The position numbers and the translations under genes are program-made. The notes below the pieces were generated by a model, which was not told the origin of the DNA, made no database searches, and saw only the letters and a list, made by a program, of their open reading frames with translations. A stretch of 64,000 bases of DNA, taken from positions 82,680-146,679 of the forward strand of contig JBAZWB010000003.1 of the NCBI GenBank assembly GCA_041660605.1, given 5' to 3'. This document shows, piece by piece, positions 59,918-64,000 of this stretch; position 1 is the first letter of the stretch; each line of letters opens with the position of its first letter. This DNA is from Patescibacteria group bacterium (lineage in GTDB: Bacteria; Patescibacteriota; Patescibacteriia; UBA10025; JAHIVO01).

Positions 59918-61375
59918 ATGGAAGGCGAGACGGGATTAAAATTACCCCCCAAGAGAACTGTGCTGGCACTTTTATCCGGTTTAGGGGCGGCGGTCGTTTT
60001 AAGCATAGCCAATGCATTTTTACCCGGGTTTGTGTTTATTGGCCTGCTGCTGCTTGCGGTTGTCGCCTTTTTTGTTACAAAAGAGCCCTGGCTGGGAGTG
60101 CTGTTGGTGGTCTTTTTCCTGCCTTTTGAACGCCTCGGCGCTTATGAGCTGGGAGGTACAACCATCCGCATCTCGCAGATTATATTGATTATTACTTTGG
60201 GCGCTTGGTTTTTCAGCCTGATTATAAGGAAAAAATTTAATTTCGCAAAAAATCCGGCGTTGGTTTTTTGGATTTTGTTTATTGCCATTAATATAGTTGG
60301 CCTGGCCAACAGTTTGAATTTAGAACGCTCCGTCATGGTGTTAATATATATTATCTTCACCTCTTTATTGGCGTTTTTAGTGCCAAATTTGATTTCAGAT
60401 AAGGAGCGAGTAAAAAAAGTGGTGAGCATATTGCTCATCAGTTTCGTTATTGTTTCAATTTTTGGGTTGTGGCAGTTTCTGGGAGATATGGCGGGCCTGC
60501 CTACGACGATGACCGGTTTGCGCGAACTTTATACAAAAAGTGTCCTGGGTTTTTCCCGGGTTCAGTCAACTGCTTATGAGCCGTTGTATTTCGCCAATTA
60601 TTTGCTGCTGCCGATTTCCCTGCTCTTCGCCTTATTTTTATCGGGGCGCAATGCCATCAAGTCTGGCTGGCTGATTATTTTGATCGGCCTGGGCATGGTA
60701 AATTTGATACTGACAGTCTCGCGCGGCGGCTATCTGGCTATCGCCTTTTCCCTGCTGGTCATTGGAATTTATTTTTTACGGCGTCTTTTAACGGTCAGGA
60801 ATCTGGTTGTTTTTGGATTGGCCGCGGTGCTAGTGGGCTACATTACAGTCAGAGCGCTGGGTTCGGGCGGGCAGCCGTTGACCCTGGAAAAATTTCAGGG
60901 GCACGTAATCAATGCCTTCTATGGAGCTTCGTATGAAGAACGCGTAGAGACATTTACCAATGCTTTTACCATCTGGCGGGAATATCCGGCAGTGGGCATC
61001 GGACCCGGCAGCTTCGGCCCTTATGTCGCGCCACATCCATACTACATGCCTAAGGATGGGTGGAAAATTGTTAATAATGAGTTTATTGAAATATTGGCGG
61101 AAAACGGCCTGATTGGTCTGGCTGTTTTTTCGTTATTTTGCCTTTTTCTGATTATCAGATCGGCCAAGGCTATCAGCCGCTCCGGGGACCGCTATTTGCG
61201 GGCGGTGATGATCGGCTTGCTTGGTGCTTTCATAGGAGTACTGGCACAATACCAGACATTCTCCACATTATATATAATGCAGATCTGGTTTATGATCGGG
61301 CTGATGATCGCCGTGCAAAATATAATATTCGCCAAGCAAAAAAATAATCATGAGGTCCTGGATAAAGCACAATAA
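59918..61375 (+). CDS. O-antigen ligase / polymerase family membrane protein
   Basis: Polytopic with the Wzy_C-like segment SRGGYLAIAFSLLVIGIYF. Confidence 0.65.
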   Translation: MEGETGLKLPPKRTVLALLSGLGAAVVLSIANAFLPGFVFIGLLLLAVVAFFVTKEPWLGVLLVVFFLPFERLGAYELGGTTIRISQIILIITLGAWFFSLIIRKKFNFAKNPALVFWILFIAINIVGLANSLNLERSVMVLIYIIFTSLLAFLVPNLISDKERVKKVVSILLISFVIVSIFGLWQFLGDMAGLPTTMTGLRELYTKSVLGFSRVQSTAYEPLYFANYLLLPISLLFALFLSGRNAIKSGWLIILIGLGMVNLILTVSRGGYLAIAFSLLVIGIYFLRRLLTVRNLVVFGLAAVLVGYITVRALGSGGQPLTLEKFQGHVINAFYGASYEERVETFTNAFTIWREYPAVGIGPGSFGPYVAPHPYYMPKDGWKIVNNEFIEILAENGLIGLAVFSLFCLFLIIRSAKAISRSGDRYLRAVMIGLLGAFIGVLAQYQTFSTLYIMQIWFMIGLMIAVQNIIFAKQKNNHEVLDKAQ

Positions 61376-62858
61376 AACTGAATTCATAATATTAGCGATA
61401 ATATTAGTCATTGGCGCTTTTTTACGCCTGTACCATGTAGGCGGTTGGATGCATTTCGGTTCTGACGAGGCCAGGACAGCCGCGGCCGTGCAGGAAATGG
61501 CTAAGGGAGAGAAGTTTTATTTACTTGGCCCGGCCGCCCAGAATAACCGGCCGGATTTCAGTCTGGGGCCGTTTTTTTATTATTTACTGGTGCCTGGCCA
61601 GCTGCTATTCGGCAGTTCGCCAGCCAGCGGCGCCTGGACAGTCGCCATATTCTCGGTCATTTCAATTTTTTTGGTGTATTTTCTAGCGCGTCAGTTTTTC
61701 GGCAGAGCCGCCGGCTTGATGGCCGCTGGCCTTTATGCCACCAGTTTTGTCATGGTTTATTACGGCCGCTGGGTCTGGAACCCGAATGTCGTGCCGTTTT
61801 TTATTTTACTGATATTCATTTCTTTATATAAATTAACGCAGCTGGCCGACAGCAGGAAAAATGAAAAATATTTACATATACTGGCGATTTGTTTCGGTAT
61901 AATAATCCAGTTGCACGGCACTGCCCTTTTTATTCTGCCGATTACATTAATCTTATATTTTTTAATTTTCCGGCCAAAAATATCCTGGAAAAAATACCTT
62001 TTGGCATTATTGATTGTGGCGATTTTGAATTTGCCGGTAATAATTAATGAATTAGGCAGCAATTTTTCCAACACCCGCGGCCTGATCCGGGTATTAACGC
62101 AGGCTGACAGCGGCGCTTCCCCGGGACTGGCCTCGCAAATCGAGCAGACGGCTCGGACCTGGAAAAATTTTTGGTACGAAAGCCTGCTACATGAAAAGTT
62201 AAAATTGCTATTCTATGGCCTACTTCTGCTGTCACTTGGCTATCTGGCAGTTAAATTATTGATTGACGTCAGGAAGCGCGTAAAGAATCCGGCCAGCATC
62301 TTGCTCGCCCTTTGGCTGATACCGACGTTTTTGGTTTTTATCATATATAAGGAAGCCACGCCCACACACTATTTTAGCCTGGTTTTTCCCCTGCCTTTTA
62401 TTCTACTGGCTGGCGCACTGAATATTTTTTGGAAAAAACGTTTTCTCCGCGTCATCCCGGTTGTTATTGCACTAGGCCTGTTTGGCCTGCAGCTATATTA
62501 TTCAGGATTCTTGCTATACGACTTACGGCCAAACGGTTCCCGGGCCAGCTCATATCCGGTAACGCTGACTGATATGGAGCAGGCGGTTGATTTTATAAAA
62601 AATGACGTTAAGGGGCAGAATTTTAATTTTCAGGAGCAGGTAACCACCGGTTATGATAATAGTTACAGGTATTTGTTTTCCCTGCAATCCATAGCGCCAA
62701 GCCAATCGTTACAACCGATTGAATATGATATTTTTATCGGCAAAGTTATCGTCATTGCCAATGAACTGCCTGGCCAGCCGGTGACGGAGGTCAAGAATTT
62801 TGGCAACGTGACCGTGGTAAAAATTAGCCGTCAACCGCTTGACAAACCCGTGCAATGA
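61350..62858 (+). CDS. GT39/GT83 (ArnT/PMT-like) glycosyltransferase
   Basis: The N-terminal FGSDEAR-type loop after the first TM helix is typical of dolichyl-phosphate-mannose / ArnT-family enzymes. 502 aa. Confidence 0.65.
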   Translation: MRSWIKHNKTEFIILAIILVIGAFLRLYHVGGWMHFGSDEARTAAAVQEMAKGEKFYLLGPAAQNNRPDFSLGPFFYYLLVPGQLLFGSSPASGAWTVAIFSVISIFLVYFLARQFFGRAAGLMAAGLYATSFVMVYYGRWVWNPNVVPFFILLIFISLYKLTQLADSRKNEKYLHILAICFGIIIQLHGTALFILPITLILYFLIFRPKISWKKYLLALLIVAILNLPVIINELGSNFSNTRGLIRVLTQADSGASPGLASQIEQTARTWKNFWYESLLHEKLKLLFYGLLLLSLGYLAVKLLIDVRKRVKNPASILLALWLIPTFLVFIIYKEATPTHYFSLVFPLPFILLAGALNIFWKKRFLRVIPVVIALGLFGLQLYYSGFLLYDLRPNGSRASSYPVTLTDMEQAVDFIKNDVKGQNFNFQEQVTTGYDNSYRYLFSLQSIAPSQSLQPIEYDIFIGKVIVIANELPGQPVTEVKNFGNVTVVKISRQPLDKPVQ

Positions 62859-62879
62859 AGTAGTTTTTAGTTATAGAGT

Positions 62880-63254
62880 ATGAATAAATTCCCTTCAGTA
62901 GAAATGTTTTATATCACCGCCATAATTTTGGTTGGGTGTTTTGGCCTGGGTTTCTCCTGGCAATATCTGAATGATTCCCGGCCAGTTGTTTCCGTTGCCC
63001 AAATAGTCAATCGCACCCCGCAGATTCTCGGCGCCAGTTCTGAGCGTTCTGCGGCTGAGCTTGATGGGCCCGTCTTGTTTTCTGATGAGATCAATAATTT
63101 ATTTCAGGAATTATGCCTGCGGCCGGCCAGTCAGGAAGAAATCCAGCAATGGACAGGGCAAAGCCGTATTGAGCTGCAGGCCAGCCTGGAACACAGCCAA
63201 GTGTATATTGAGAGGTACCATGGACGGTATTTGGATGGCTGTTTTATCCGTTAG
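62880..63254 (+). CDS. hypothetical membrane-anchored protein
   Basis: 124 aa, one N-terminal TM helix. Terminator at 63283-63310. Confidence 0.4.
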   Translation: MNKFPSVEMFYITAIILVGCFGLGFSWQYLNDSRPVVSVAQIVNRTPQILGASSERSAAELDGPVLFSDEINNLFQELCLRPASQEEIQQWTGQSRIELQASLEHSQVYIERYHGRYLDGCFIR

Positions 63255-63638
63255 AAATTAGCTGAGAATCTAATAACTCCGCTTTTTAGCGGATTTTTTA
63301 TTAAGTGAAATTCGTTTATTTATGTTATAATGTCTTTGTAATGAATGACGTGAAACTGGCGGGTTATTTCAGTAAAGTAAATAATTTCTCTTTCTCCTTC
63401 TTTTCTGTGCAAACAGAAAAGAAGCAAAAGAATTGCCGCCTTGATAAAAAATTATCGAAAAAGGGCTCGTCGTCATTCCGCGTTGTAAACTCGCTCCTCG
63501 CTGTCGCTGCGTTCGCTCAAACAGTACAACGCGGTTGCCCATGGGCAACCATTCCTCCTCACTCCTTTTTCTTTTAAATTTTTTATAATGGCGGATTAAA
63601 TTATTATTTGTATATAAAAAAATAAGCGATTTTAATTA

Positions 63639-64000
63639 ATGTTAGAAACAATTTTAATAATTCTATTCACGGCGGTATTCTTCCTGATTGCCTGGCGGAA
63701 GCTCGACTGGGCGATTGTTTTGGCTTTATTGCTGCTGCCCAGCTATTTGCTGAGATTTCAGGCCTGGTTTGTCCCGATGACTATTCTGGAAACGATGCTG
63801 CTGGTCCTTTTTATCGTCTGGCTGATCAAAACCCTCGGCTGGCATAAAAATTCCCTGGCTGAGAAATTTAAAAGCATTTGGTGGCCGTGGAAATGGAGCT
63901 TACTGGTTTTTTTGCTGGCTGGCGTTTTAGCCGTGATTATTTCTCCTGATACCAGGCAGGCACTGGGGCTCTGGAAAGCCTATATTATTGAGCCGCTGCT
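63639..64000 (+). CDS. polytopic membrane protein, 5-prime partial (runs off window)
   Basis: ATG at 63639. Hydrophobic helices. No stop before the window end. Confidence 0.4.
   Translation, partial: MLETILIILFTAVFFLIAWRKLDWAIVLALLLLPSYLLRFQAWFVPMTILETMLLVLFIVWLIKTLGWHKNSLAEKFKSIWWPWKWSLLVFLLAGVLAVIISPDTRQALGLWKAYIIEPL

Overview
The window reads as a compact bacterial chromosome segment of mixed base composition. Its gene content suggests a reduced-genome lineage, possibly Candidate Phyla Radiation (Patescibacteria); this is an inference from gene content, not shown by the sequence. It spans the replication origin region: dnaA and dnaN on the minus strand, divergent from rpmH-rnpA-yidD-yidC. 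Housekeeping genes present are tyrS, valS, tsaE, tsaD, ruvB, queA, a ROK glucokinase, PBP1A, a PilB-type ATPase, an M24 aminopeptidase, Hsp20, VanW, a sortase-like protein, a SpoIID-domain protein and a cell-surface glycan cluster (Wzx flippase, GT4, O-antigen-ligase family, GT39/ArnT-like). At 1.4-7.1 kb there is a non-canonical glycogen module: a GH57-like protein with a C-terminal UVR domain, a kinase-fold protein, a PHP phosphoesterase, GlgA and a GalT-like nucleotidyltransferase. No GlgC lies in the window. The most unusual locus is a tRNA-Glu(UUC) integration hotspot at 34.1-39.1 kb. There a large serine recombinase ORF reads into the tRNA 3-prime end. Next to the recombinase, perfect 135-bp inverted repeats bracket a 2.17-kb cassette (an XRE regulator plus three small membrane or zinc-ribbon proteins). 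Two tandem degenerate remnants carry copies of the tRNA 3-prime 16-mer, and a GIY-YIG nuclease insertion with an 18-bp duplication sits at the tRNA 5-prime end. I interpret this as a candidate recombinase-controlled invertible or integrative module of unknown function. Other notable items are a GC-rich island (26.3-30.7 kb) of uncharacterised, independently terminated genes, and a four-helix-bundle (TIGR02436-like) gene bracketed by CTAGT-rich repeats. There are several complete tiny-gene units (promoter, SD, ORF, terminator) below the ORF-track threshold. A family of 18-bp GC-clamped palindromes recurs in the window. There is also a 100-bp periodic repeat overlapping the 3-prime end of a tandem-repeat protein gene. 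All calls are from reading the sequence and recalling motifs. No database search was run.
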